A DNA stretch of 63,731 nucleotides, filler included, from Octopus bimaculoides (lineage: Eukaryota), in NCBI RefSeq assembly GCF_001194135.2. It is 7 parts of 7 records of this genome, joined end to end, with 100 filler letters (N's around TTAATTAATTAA, not from the genome) between each part and the next. Parts side by side here need not be neighbours in the genome. Positions count along the whole stretch, not along the records: positions 24,696 to 55,383 come from NC_068981.1; 6 more parts are not named here. One strand, given 5' to 3'. This document shows, piece after piece, positions 39,022 to 52,115 of this stretch. The notes under the pieces are model-generated. The model saw nothing but the letters and a program-made list of their open reading frames with translations. It was not told where the DNA came from and did not search any database. Numbering within the stretch: position 1 is the first letter of the stretch; each line of letters begins with the position of its first letter. The position numbers and the translations under genes are program-made.

Positions 39022-41744
39022 GTGTGTGTGTTTTTTTTTTTACAATTTAGAGGATTTTTATATGCCCTAATTTTCTCTGCACATGGGAATAAACACACAT
39101 ACACATATATGTATAATAATAGATCTAGTTCTGTTTAGATCGATTTGGCTAAACATGACATCTTCAGTAGTTATGGAAAGAAGTATAGTTGCACTAAACT
39201 ACTTAAAACATTGATGCAACTTCGATCAATTATGGCCAAATTTAAATTAGAAATAAAAAGACGTTGCTACTTCTCGAAATTATTCGTTTTATCAATATTG
39301 TTCGAGTCAGGTTAAGTAAGAGTCATCATGTTTTACACAGGCATATAAATTTGATTTTAGTATTCGGTTTGTAAGACTTTTTATGTGAATTCGTACGTTG
39401 AAATAGATTTGATTTTAGCTCGATGGTGTTACATAAAGCCGAAAACTATACACACGCACTTCTTTATTACTTGTCAATTGTTCACTAATCTAACGAACTG
39501 ATTTATTGTTTGGATAGTGGTTCGGTTAATCAAATAGTCAATAATGTTTGTCAAAATCATTTCGTCATCATGGATCTTAGTTGTTTGATTCAATCCCAGC
39601 TTATTGCTGGTACTTTTTTTTACCGACCAGTGAAAATGAATGGATATAGATATAATTATATCTGTGACTAAATTCAGTACTTCTTTCAGTCACATATTAC
39701 AGAAGCAAGTGAGTAGATCTGTTGATAAATTATCAGTAACAGCTGAAATTTATCACATATTCCATTATACCATGGTGACTTCTTCATAGACACGGCATTT
39801 AATTACCATTAATTTAGTTCACCTAACTATCAATATGTAATATGTAGTGATTGCCTATATATGGATCAACAGAAGAACAATGGGTGTCAAAACGTGGACT
39901 CAGAATATTTATATAAATCAAGTTTAAATAAATAAAAAAATCCGTTCTGGCTGACTAGAAACTGCAATATTGAAAAAGAAACCAACAGCATAAAATAAAT
40001 GTAAAAACAATATTCAAGTAAAAAATGCAATATTCTACGTGGAATATTGATGTTTTTGTACTGAACAAAGCGTTTAGAAATGCAAGTTCAGTTTCTGTTT
40101 AAACTCAACTAATTTTAATTACCTGGTAAGTTGACTGTTGTGCCAGATCAGCGTTAATATGGCGGTAATACGATGAAACACATTAGTCATAATCCCCTAT
40201 CTTTTTCCTATACATAATGCGCCCAGAAGTTCATTATTCAATGTTTACTTCTTTTTAAAACATTAATGTTGTATTTGAGGAATGTTTAGTTGCACCTTTT
40301 AGCAAGTTAAACAAATTTATGGAGTCTGTCTCATTGTATTATTGTATCTAGCATTCTTGGAAAAGAATGAACATTATATTTTTATAAACACTACTTACTA
40401 CAAAATATACAGGTCCACATTCCTTCCAGCTACATAAAAATAAACATTTTTTTTTTTGTTCATTTAAGTGAGAACAAAGGTAAAATAGAGAAACTTTTGC
40501 TCTTGATGCTTTTACCGAGGAAATTAATACGATAGTAAAGTGAAATGGCTTCAACTAGAATCGAAGCAGTACAGAATCAACTCTACAAAAGATTATCATT
40601 TTCTCTACGGCGTTGTTAAAGTAATTTTTCTGAATAAATTGCTATGTGAATATTCAAAATAATTTACAGTTATGACGACTAAAGCTTCGTTTGGAAAAAA
40701 CAGTTCATTTCCAGGTCCATTTATAGTATGTGTGCATATTATTTTCTTGTTTGTTGTTTTCAAGGAACATCTTAGAATGAATTCTGTTGAGTTCATTTAA
40801 TTTTTGTGGTATTTATCGTATATAACCATAAGAAAAAAACTATATTATTATATAAAGTTGTTACTTTTATTATTTTCTTGCGTGTTACTGCTTTGATTCT
40901 GGCGTTTTTAAGTGCGAACACAACGTCAATATTTGTGCAGGTGACTTTGTTTGTATTTCTATATTTGCATGTGTATACATGCATAAAATTCCATGCCATA
41001 TATACATGGATATATAAATACACATATATACGTACGTTTTATGTAAGACTGTAGGAAGGTTGTGTGTGTGTGTGTGTGTGTGTGTGTCCGTCCTTGCCTG
41101 TTACATTTACTGGATAACAGAGTATCGCACTTTCGAGCTAAATTTGGTTTTGTTTTATCGTTGCTTTGTTTTTGCTTTTTTTTTACAGCTTAAACGAAAT
41201 ATGTCTTCAGTTAATATCTGTTGTTATTCATATTCTCTTGCATTCATAAATTTCTTTCTCATTCATTTTCCAATGTGCCTTTTGCGTTTTTGCGTTCTTT
41301 TGTTTTTCTTTTTCCAAAAGGAAGCACTTAGGTCAAATCAAGACAACAAGAATCGCTCACCATAAAGGAAAGTAACCTTTCTGTGCTATTTCACTGAATA
41401 TATCAAGGAATTTTTCCGGTCTTACAAGGAAAACACATTACGATCATAAAAATATTTTTACGTTGTGTATATGTAATACATACTTTCATGAATGATGTGA
41501 GAGGGTGTAATAGATGGAATGGTAGAGAAGAATGAAGAGATTTAAAAAACAAAAATTCGTTGTGCTATGGTTATTATGTTGAAGTCTCTGACAAACATTT
41601 CCATTACGACTCACTGGGATGGCAATGCAGAAAAGAGAATGTGATAAGCTACTTCACGCTANNNNNNNNNNNNNNNNNNNNNNNNNNNNNNNNNNNNNNN
41701 NNNNNNNNNNNNNNNNNNNNNNNNNNNNNNNNNNNNNNNNNNNN

Positions 41745-41778
<34 letters not shown>

Positions 41779-41869
41779 ATATATATACATGTGTGTGTGT
41801 ACGGGCGTACGTAAAGAGGCATAAACAATAATCTACACATGCACATACCTGAATACATATATATATATT

Positions 41870-41927
<58 letters not shown>

Positions 41928-42535
41928 CATATGTGTATGTATGCATGCATGCACTCATGTATGTATGTATGTGTGAGTGCGTAGGTAACGATGAAACCAT
42001 ACAGTTAGGCTGTTGACCTTGTCGAGCATCCACGAAGAAGAAATTTTCTTGAAATATATCAGACACCGTTCTACTGTAAGATCTTCTGGAGTTCAAGGAT
42101 ATCAATAATTTACCATTGCACATGGTACCTTTTTCGAGCTACGTTGACTGACATAGTTTTTTTCATTTAATTTTTACAGGGATAACAAGAGTTTCATGGA
42201 GAGGACACAAACTTTTGTCCTTTTTCTGAATGCCTGCTGCCTTCTGCATACTGATGTCTTTGCTAATTTCCAATGAGTGATATTTTATTCAGTGTCCAAG
42301 TATCAAATTTCATTTAGGGAACTTCCATTCAGTGAACTTCTCTTCTTTTGAGGCAATGTGACATGTAGCGCGATAAAAACATTGTTGTGAAATGAACTTC
42401 TATGTCGAGCTATGTCTATTTCCGCCAATGAATATTTTCATGTGTTTGAATGTGTGTGTGTGTGTATGTGTGTGTGTATGTATGTGTGTGTGTGTGTGTA
42501 TTTGTGGTAAGTAGGAATATGTATGTATATGCTTA

Positions 42536-43401
42536 GGAGAGGTACCCAAAAGTAACCGGAAGCGTTCTCTGTGGGACACACCCGTTGTAGTTCAAGCTTC
42601 CACCGCTAGAAGCCACTTGATGCGGTCCTAAAACATCAGTCTGACGACCGGCGTTCTCCAATAGGGTCATACTGCCACGTGGTGCAATTTTGTTTCGCAG
42701 TGCTTCTCCCCTGTTCGTCGATTTTTGCGATGGCTGAAACGAAGGAACAGCCTGCTTCTGTGAAATTCTCTTTTCTCCTAGGGAAAGCGGCGGCCGAAAC
42801 GGTTGCCATGCTTCAAACAACTTACAAGTTGTCATAAGCGAAACACAAGTTTACGAGTGGATTCTACGCTTTAGAAATAATCACTTGTCGCCTGAAGACC
42901 AACCTCATTCAGGACGATCGTCGACCTCCCGAACGAACGGAAACATCATGAAAATTCTGAGGTGATCTTGGAGGACCGTTACCGAACGATTGACGAACTT
43001 GTTGATATGACTGGTGTGCCCTGCGAATGAAAAGAGTTGCAGCAACATCGGTGCCTAGGCTGCTCAACGAAGATCAAAAGCGGTCGTGAATGAAAGCGTG
43101 TCGTGAACTGAAACAACAGTTGGAAGTTAATCTGGTCCTTTTTTCCGAAAGTCATTACTGGTGACGAAAGCTGGTGCTACGGAATTTGCAGATGTGAAGA
43201 GGTGAAGAAAAAAACGACGGAGGCATTAAAAGGCATCACTTCGAAAGAGTTCCATCACTTCTTCGGATAGTGGAAAACGCACCTGGACCGATACATTGCT
43301 TCAAATGGGGAATACTTTGAAGGCGATAAAAGCGTAAACATGTGCAACAAAGTGAATAAAATAATATTGCAAAATTCCGGTTTCTTTGGGGTATCCCCTC
43401 G
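42536..43401 (+). mobile_element. Internally deleted mariner transposon
   Basis: TA at 42534-42535 and 43402-43403; TIRs gagaggtacccaaaagtaaccggaa / rc gaggggataccccaaagaaaccggaa. Remnants include KFCFLLGK, QVYEW..RF, VPRLL, VITGDESW (first catalytic D) and C-terminal GEYFEGD. The second and third catalytic residues are deleted. Confidence 0.9.
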
Positions 43402-45739
43402 TACATCTATATAAATACTTGAGATTTGTGCAACTGTGTCAACATTTACGCATTTCATCTATGTTTAAAATAACGAAATTAATGTCAACCATTATTAAAT
43501 AGAAATATCGGAAGAATAGAAACATTTAAAAGTTGTAAACATGATAACGGCAAAACATTACCTAACTTTCAAATTAAGCGTTTGCAAAATTTAAAACTGA
43601 GAAGGTGAGAATATCAAGGGGTGACAAAGTTCTACGAGGTAGAAGACATTGAGATACTGTAATATGCCCTGACATGAACAGTATTATTAGTACATTGCTA
43701 TGTAAATATACATAGACATGCATACAAACATTTATACATACACACGTACACATACGCATATACATACTCATTGTTTTAATACATGTACCCTCGCACACGC
43801 GCACACTCACATACATGGATACACGCACACACTCGCACGCGTACATGCAGCTATATATACATGTGTATGTATGTATTTATAGTGACAAGACTGGGTACTA
43901 AAGAAAACTTCAAAAGGTACAGCCTGACAAACATTCTATACAACCAGTTGGAAGCCAAATGTATTTCGAATAAAACGATAATTTGAAGTATGATATCTGA
44001 ATTCCAACAGAGAAATCAAGGAATGAATGCTTCAAGAGATTAAATCAATTTATTGACCTCAAGTCTAAGTATACGGACTTGTGTACTTGTATAGCGGTCG
44101 TAACGTTTTTACAGCCTCTATCCTAACTCCTGCAATTACCTCTTTCAATTAGGCACCAGAAAAACTTCTTTTAATTATTGCAAGTACACATTAACTAGGA
44201 GGTATACATACAATTATTTATGTATAATTAAACGGTTAAGAATTCTCATGGAAGCAAGAATATCAGTGTCTTTTCTTCTTTGCCACATCATAAAAGACCC
44301 AAAACAGCATTTTCAGCAATTTCATTGATCATATATGCGAATGTGAATTTGAGAACATCTTTAAAATAGCTAAAGAATTTCTGAAGAGACATGAAAATGA
44401 AACTGATATTGGATTCTCTCTGTGGAACATCGTTTCATTCATTTAGGGATCATTAACGGTAATGTAAGATATAACAAATAAAGAAACAAAATAAAAGAAC
44501 GGAATTGATATGTTATGTATATAAAATAAGAGCGCAAGGAAAAATTTCTTATATCAAAGAAAACTTTTATCGTTTTTTTTTTGTTTTTTTTAGGGAATAA
44601 AATGCTTGTGGGAAATGTAAAATAAAATGTATAAATAAAGAAAGTAAAGGAAAAAACAGTGAATATGCTACATGTATAAAATAAGATAGCAGGGAAAATT
44701 TCTTATATCAAAGAAAAATTTTATAGGTTTTTAGTCTAGGAGACAACATGCATATGTGTGGAAAAATATAGTGTCAGTGGGAGGTAAATATGGATAGTAA
44801 ATTTATTTTAGGAAAAATAGAAAATATATAGAAAAAATGATTATAGATAAGAAAATGTTTTTTTTAATTTAAGGTTTGAAAAATAAATATATTTATATAT
44901 AAATACAAAATAAAAAATAACAGTAGCTGGCTAAAGTATAGTAAGGTAATGAACTACATTGGGGAAAAGAAGATAAATATTAATAGTAAATCTAGGAGAG
45001 AGAGAAAAAAGTGTGCAAATAGATATTAATCATATTAATAATAAGTAATGCGGGACTATAAATTAGCAGATTTTAAATGAAATTAATAATTACTAATATT
45101 AGGAAATTATGTAAAAAATGTATTAGAAGAAAATGGGAAGAATATATATAGAAGAGATATAAAGAAGGTTGTAATGTTTTAATATAGGTATAAAAGTATT
45201 TTTCAAAGTAAATTGGGGAAAATGGTTATTTTTAGAAAATAAAATTAAATATAAATTTTTGGTTAAAATAACCTTATTAAAAACCTAACTCTAACTTCAA
45301 ATACATACCTTTCCAAATTAATCACCCAAAATCAATTAAAAAGCACTTATTCATATTTTAAAATTCAATGGGATATAATAGCTTCAGTACCTACTTATGA
45401 AACAAATAGTAAAAAAAAGTATTCTTTGTTTAAATAAGAAATTTTTCATTCTCTCGATGAGAGAATATTAATTAAGTTTTTATAAATATATTTACCCTAA
45501 TATTAATATGATACTTAAATGCACAGTTAATTACTTTATATTATTTATTTCTATACTTTTTAATGATTACCCAGAGTATATTATATATTATATTACATAT
45601 TGTTTGCTAAATGTACACCCTTTTTCCCCCTTTATAATGTCTATACCGAATTTATCCACAAAACAATGCTCAGTTACCTGGAACGTTCCGTAAACTTAAC
45701 ACATAATATGTTATGGTATATCTTTTTTCTACCTCCGAC

Positions 45740-45779
<40 letters not shown>

Positions 45780-45789
45780 NNNNNNNNNN

Positions 45790-45791
45790 TA

Positions 45792-45834
<43 letters not shown>

Positions 45835-45835
45835 A
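45790..45835. repeat. (ATTG)n microsatellite
   Basis: Directly visible after the 10-N gap. Confidence 0.9.
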
Positions 45836-45966
45836 CATAGACACTTACATGCATATATTTACATACATACAGACATTTATGATCATACCGTAGTTACATA
45901 TATGTGTAAACGTGTGTGAGGTTGGTTTCAAACACGTAAGAATGTACGTATATACAGTACGTAAAG

Positions 45967-46000
<34 letters not shown>

Positions 46001-46731
46001 TTGTGTGTGCAGTATATGCGATATAAATAAATATTTATATTGAAAGACATTACCTACTTGAAAACTATTTTTCTTTTAATTTGAAAGTATATTCTATTTA
46101 ATTCTGTATGTTATTGGCTGCAACAACAAACATATTATCAGTCTCCATTCTTCATCGAATGTGTATACTGCACGATACAGATTTATGACTTTGATCAACG
46201 CTCCATTGCCCAAAACTGAGTATTGTGGAGCTGAGAGCAGTCATGCGATTAATGTATATTCTTCTCACTGCACAAAATGATCGAACACAACATGAACTAA
46301 AAAGAAAGTGTCCACACAGTGTTAACAGAGCGTTACTATTGCATAACAATATGATGGCATATTTCATTGGTGTATTGAACAATGGCGCCTGAATGTCGAA
46401 AATATCAGTTTCAATTTCAACCGCTGCATGATGTACAAAAATTCACTATTTGATATCTGGAAATTATACACGTGTCCCCAATATCATATTTCTGCTTCTG
46501 GTGATCGAATCACCTTATATGAGAAGTTATATGAGAAACAAGGATTAATACATATAGATGAAACATAGAATACCCTAGACGTTTCAGACAACTATATTTT
46601 TTCTCCTAAAATCTAGAAGTCATATCAAATATATTAGCCTGGAAATGAGGAATACAGGGTTACATGTATTTGAATAATTCACACACACACACATATATGT
46701 ATGTATGTGTGTGTACATACACAAATATCTT

Positions 46732-46903
46732 GGTAAGTAGCTTGCTTACCAGCCACATGGTTCCGGGTTCAGTCCCACTGCGTGGCACCTTGGGCAAGTG
46801 TCTTCTACTATAGCCTCGGGCCGACCAAAGCATTGTGAGTGGATTTGGTAGACAGAAACTGAAAGAAGCCCGTCGTATATATGTATATGTATGTATGTGT
46901 GTG
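46732..46903 (+). mobile_element. SINE family A 5' half, running into a gap at the microsatellite
   Basis: ggtaagtagcttgcttaccagccacatggttccgggttcagtccc...gaaagaagcccgtcgtatat. Confidence 0.85.
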
Positions 46904-47835
46904 NNNNNNNNNNNNNNNNNNNNNNNNNNNNNNNNNNNNNNNNNNNNNNNNNNNNNNNNNNNNNNNNNNNNNNNNNNNNNNNNNNNNNNNNNNNNNNNNN
47001 NNNNNNNNNNNNNNNNNNNNNNNNNNNNNNNNNNNNNNNNNNNNNNNNNNNNNNNNNNNNNNNNNNNNNNNNNNNNNNNNNNNNNNNNNNNNNNNNNNNN
47101 NNNNNNNNNNNNNNNNNNNNNNNNNNNNNNNNNNNNNNNNNNNNNNNNNNNNNNNNNNNNNNNNNNNNNNNNNNNNNNNNNNNNNNNNNNNNNNNNNNNN
47201 NNNNNNNNNNNNNNNNNNNNNNNNNNNNNNNNNNNNNNNNNNNNNNNNNNNNNNNNNNNNNNNNNNNNNNNNNNNNNNNATATGTATGTATGTATGTATG
47301 TATGTATATACGCGGCTAGTGAACGATGAGAATGAGTACATAACACCGCATTTGGTAGTTAAATATTTTCTTTATTTGCGAAAATTACCATACAACCATT
47401 GGTTCCAAGCAAGACATTACAATTCTCAAACGTTACACTTGCAAATACTGGTAATCACTTTCCATTGTGTATAATGCTAAGTGTGATTACACGAGACTTT
47501 AAAGAATTTGAACATTATTTGAGGTTAAGGTGCGGTATATACGATACACAGTTATGCGTAAATAATATATATATAGGGGTTCCTTTAATCGTTATTACAT
47601 GCGCACAGCTTAGTGGAAATAGTAAACCACGACACGTGAAACGTGAAATGTCAATTAGTATATTAACAGTAACCACTTGTGTACGTTCTTTCGTTGCTTC
47701 GTTATTTGTTAATTTTAATGTTCGATTTGACTATATATTTGGCGCGCGCACTTATGTGTGGAGCTAGTAAATATACTCAAAAACATATCATGCTTTTCCT
47801 GGACATTTTCCTTCCACGGACCTTTCCTTTCTTCT

Positions 47836-47871
47836 CTTCCTGACGAAGAGCTATGCTCGAAACGTCAAAAA
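47836..47871 (+). ncRNA. Hammerhead-like motif (family 2), intact core, weak stem I
   Basis: CTGACGA-A-GAGC-TAT-GCTC-GAAA-C-GTC at 47840-47866. The flanking stem I pairing (CTTC/AAAA) is poor. Confidence 0.55.
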
Positions 47872-50697
47872 CCTACACTTCTTTCCATCTTTACTAAGCA
47901 TAAAGAAAATACATTCCATGTGTACATCCTTTCGTTGTTTTGTTATTTGTTATTTTTAATGTTCGATTTGCCTATATATATATGTAGGGTGTGCGCATGT
48001 ATGTGTGGGGCTGATAAATAAGCGCAAAAACATATCGTGTCAAAATCATCTGCGTTTTAAGTACCCCATCCCCTACTCATGAAACGTTCAGAGACATCTA
48101 AATTGTTTTTATAGCTTTGTACAACTATGTGTGTGCGTGTCTAAGCGTGCGTATCTATATGTGTGAAAGTGTGTACGGATGTGTGAGTGTGTGAGTGCAC
48201 GAGTGAGTGTGTGAGTGAATGCGTATGTATTAATATGTAACTGCTTGTGTGATTCTCATTCTCGCATGTCTAGATGTGAACCGATCACATACAATAAAAA
48301 TACAATCTTGTCAAAGTAATAGATTCTTAGATTCACGTTTTTAACGAACATAGTGCATTTCATACAGTTATATTTATAGCTGAGCGACAATGTGTATACT
48401 TATATGTTACGGAGAGGGGGGGGCAGAAAACACAGATAAAGAAAGAGTGTGGTAGAAGCTGGCTGTGTGTGTATATGTATGAGATTGTATAGCTATGTGC
48501 ATGAATTTGTATATGTATGTGTCCGATTGTTTTTGTATATAATATACATATGTCAGATTAAACAATATTATGTAGAGTGGACAAAGGACCTGATGTCTGA
48601 GATTGTTTTTATTGTCTTCAGCTTATTTGTTTGCTTCAGAATTTCGCGCGAAATTGTATAAACAAGGACAAACACGTAACAAATATTTCTATTAACAATA
48701 AGCATTATGTTATTTGCTTGTTTTTCATTTGTTTGTATTTTAATTCATTTTGGTAATTTGAATCACGAACAAAAATGCTTTTATACAATTTAGTCCATTC
48801 TACTAGAATCCTTTTGTTGCCTTTAATTCAAGTGCAAACATAGTTAATGTGTTTGGAAAACTTTAGAAAAATTTTAACCAGGAAATCTAAAGTATAGTAC
48901 TTATATACATGTGTGTGTGTGTGCGTGTGCGTTTACATATACATGGATATGTATGTTTGTATAATTATTTANNNNNNNNNNTATATGATGTACGTAGATA
49001 TACAAAACTGAAATGGCCGACAAAATAGCAAAATTAGCAATTATTTGTTCATATGGCGCGTGTTCAAGTCTGCTGAAGCCCTTTGCTTTTCTTTCTGAAG
49101 ACTACTACTTATCTCTAACCATTGCATAACAGGAACGAGATCTCCTTTAACATTCTTAAGTAAAACTATTGAGTTTTTTTATTTACATTTGGCGATTTTT
49201 AGCGAAAGAATATGGTTACGATGACAATAAAAAAAAGATTAAAGAAACAAATACAAAAATGCCAGTGCCATTAGAAACTTCAATTGCAGGATTGAAGCAG
49301 TTACAAATTCGATATTGAAATATAAAAACAGTGTTGAGTTGGATTTCATTCACTTTTACTACACATTACATTTCTTTGTATTCTACCACAAATACTCACG
49401 TTTGGTGATTAAAAAGTAGCAACAGTAGGACGCAAAGTGCACTAAGATATTAGTCGTTTCGTATCTCTCGTTTGTATATCAGTACAAATGGCGTACATTT
49501 TTTTTCTTTTGATCCTTCCAAAGTTGATAACATAAGTATTAGTTATGTTCTGTTGTTTGATCGTCTATATCTCTCTTCAAAAGGTTGTGTTCAAGCGCTA
49601 ACTTATGATATCATTATTTAAAAAATACACAGAAACCATATACACTCATATTTTTCAAAAGTTACCATGCCATGAATGATGTTTTTCATGTTTCGCATTG
49701 CTCAAAAGAAACAAAATACATCTATTGATATCTAAATAAAATTATATAAAATTCTTGAATAAAATCATTGCACCAAATAAAAAAAAATCAATCATTTGTA
49801 CCAAAGCTGAGATTAAAAACTAATTAGGTAAAGTTAATGAACTTTCGCCATTATTAATCGTATTAACAAGACTGAAGCACTTAGGTAACAGATCTTGTCT
49901 ATTCGTGTATTTGAGCGACTTTCATTCAAACGAAAGCTTTCTCAAAGTAAATTCTTTTATTTCATTTTATTTTCCGATAGCATTCATCTGAATCTTTACT
50001 TTCCATTAAGTACGTCTAAAAATAGAATTTATATACTGTTATACTTTGTATACTGTCATCTGTGAAATATTTTTTCACAGACACTGATTACCTCTCGTAG
50101 GATCATTGAATTACCTGTAGATACCATGCACAATGTCATAAGTTAGTGTAAAAATTGATGCACTATACAATATGTAAACAAAGATTGTTGTGTGCTTACA
50201 ATATCTACGGATTACTGTAATTAAAGAACTAATACTGTATACGTATCGTACAGGAACCTAAAATTTGCAGGGTCACTAAGAATTCCTTCTAAATATAATC
50301 CTTCTGAAATAGGTATTAAACGAAAACATTGACGCAATAACTCTGTAACCTTAAAAGTCAGAAAGAACATAATAATTGGTGATTATTAAGCGACACCAAC
50401 ATACTCCAGGTATATATGTTATACTCCCATTAGAGATGTACCATACCGTTCGCACTCATAGACTTAAACGGAAATGATAGATAAGCACAAGTTTACAATG
50501 TACATGTAGTGACTCTGTGTGTGTGTGGGGGGGGGTCATTCACGAACTGCCGTGAGAAATAGGTTTCTTTAATTTGACATTTACTTCTCGATAATTTTTA
50601 TTTCCTTAAACAAATTCAGTTCTTAAAAAGGCACAAGAATCTGCTAAATTTTGAGATAGAAAATATTTTGAATAAATATGTTCAGAATACAAAAGGA

Positions 50698-50980
50698 CTA
50701 CATACATGCAACTTTATTTACATTATTCACATTAATAATTGACGGGTATTTGTCCTTATCTTGTTTGTTGTTAACACAACGTTTCGGTTGATATACTCTC
50801 CAGCCTTCATCAGGTGTCTTGGGGAAATTTCTAACATGGGTTCTCATTCCGAAGGTATTTTTCGATGTTATTATCATTACTATTATTATTATTAAGGTCA
50901 CTGCCTGGAATCGAACTCGGAATCGGAATCTTGGAGTTAGTAGCCTGAGCTCTTAACCACTACGCCATATGCCCGTGGGC
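50698..50980 (-). mobile_element. tRNA-headed, hammerhead-containing short element (family 1), the most complete copy
   Basis: A box TGGCGTAGTGG (50967-50957), B box GTTCGATTCC (50916-50907), (AAT)n linker, hammerhead at 50818-50773, and tail of TGTAAATAA-like repeats. Confidence 0.8.
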
Positions 50981-51162
50981 AATTATGAAGTGAATTTTAG
51001 GGCTTATAAATCTAATATTCTCCTATCCTTCCTTAATACCGTTCTCATATGTTATTCATATCTGCACTCGGTTTGCTTAGGAGATTGTTTTGTCCTAGCA
51101 TATGTGCTGCTTCTTTCAGTTTTCGTATTTTCCAGTGGTGTTCTCTGTCTATTAAAATAATA

Positions 51163-51400
51163 GACCTTAGGAATGAGAAGCCAGGTTCGAAATTTCCCCA
51201 AGACACCTGATGAAGGTTGGAGGGTATATCAGCCGAAACGTTGTGTTAATAACAAACAAGATGGGGACAAATATCNNNNNNNNNNGAGGGTATATCAGCC
51301 GAAACGTTGTGTTAATAACAAACAAGATGGGGACAAATATCCGTCAATTGTAAATAATGTAAATAATGTACATAATTCATCATCTCTTAAATATAGAATA
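51163..51400 (+). mobile_element. Hammerhead-family 1 copy lacking the tRNA head; hammerhead at 51202-51247
   Basis: GACAC-CTGATGA-A-GGTTG..CAGCC-GAAACGTT-GTGTT, followed by the same tail as 22780-22869 (reverse complement). Confidence 0.8.
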
Positions 51401-52115
51401 GTATAGCGTCCTTATTGCCAAATTACTTTAAATTTATTTACGTTTAAATAAGGAATCTTACTGAGGGAAATCCAATTCTATAAACCTCGTTTATAGAATT
51501 CATGAATTTGAATGAGTAATGCCCAAGTCCGTTTTTAAACCACAATATCCGTTATTTAAAAAATAACATTTAGTATAATTATTTATAATTATTCTTTATC
51601 TAAAACTCTCAATGAAACACATCAATTACTAGAAACCAGTTTAAAATTGATGCAGTACAAGAAGACTTATGACGCAGAAGTAGTCAAATCGGAAAGAATA
51701 ACACCAAATATCATCTTAAAATTCACAAATTTCTGTCGTTGTGTAACAAAATTAAAAGTCCTATATATGGAAAATTTAATACTGAACACTACGTCCACAT
51801 TAATGTAGTAGATACAGCTTATGAAGAAAAATGTGGTCAAATCGGTGAGTCATCGCTAATAACTTTTCTTATATTGTTTTTTAAATAAACTTAAGTGGCA
51901 AGAAGTGAAGTATCTTTGCACTAGCTCCAAATTTTGACCAGTTTCGGGGTATGGTGGAGAGTTTTGTGAGAGTAGAGTTGCTTAAATTGAAAAAATGTCT
52001 AATTTCCCAACCTTTTAAAGGGATATATATATTTCATATACTATAGTTAAAGAGCGGATTTTAGGGTGCCAAATTATCAGCCTTTTTCAGTTCAATTGAA
52101 AACCAGAAGTTTTAA

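Noticed and set aside
42180-42280. Strong acceptor (tttttacAG at 42179) as the next ANKFN1 exon
   Set aside because: The required phase hits a stop after 16 codons, no frame resembles ANKFN1, and there is no good donor.
44460-45720. Very AT-rich block with a ~70-bp direct repeat (44508 and 44663), considered as a Helitron/Helentron or foldback element
   Set aside because: No convincing termini or inverted repeats could be defined by eye.
50896-50975. Possible tRNA gene
   Set aside because: It has A and B boxes but no clean acceptor stem, has a 6-bp duplication before the T arm, and is joined to a repeat body, so it is a SINE head. The same applies to the heads of families A-D.
51286-51334. 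Apparent tandem second hammerhead half after the 10-N gap
   Set aside because: It duplicates exactly the sequence just before the gap, so it is most likely an unmerged contig overlap. A real tandem cannot be excluded without long reads.
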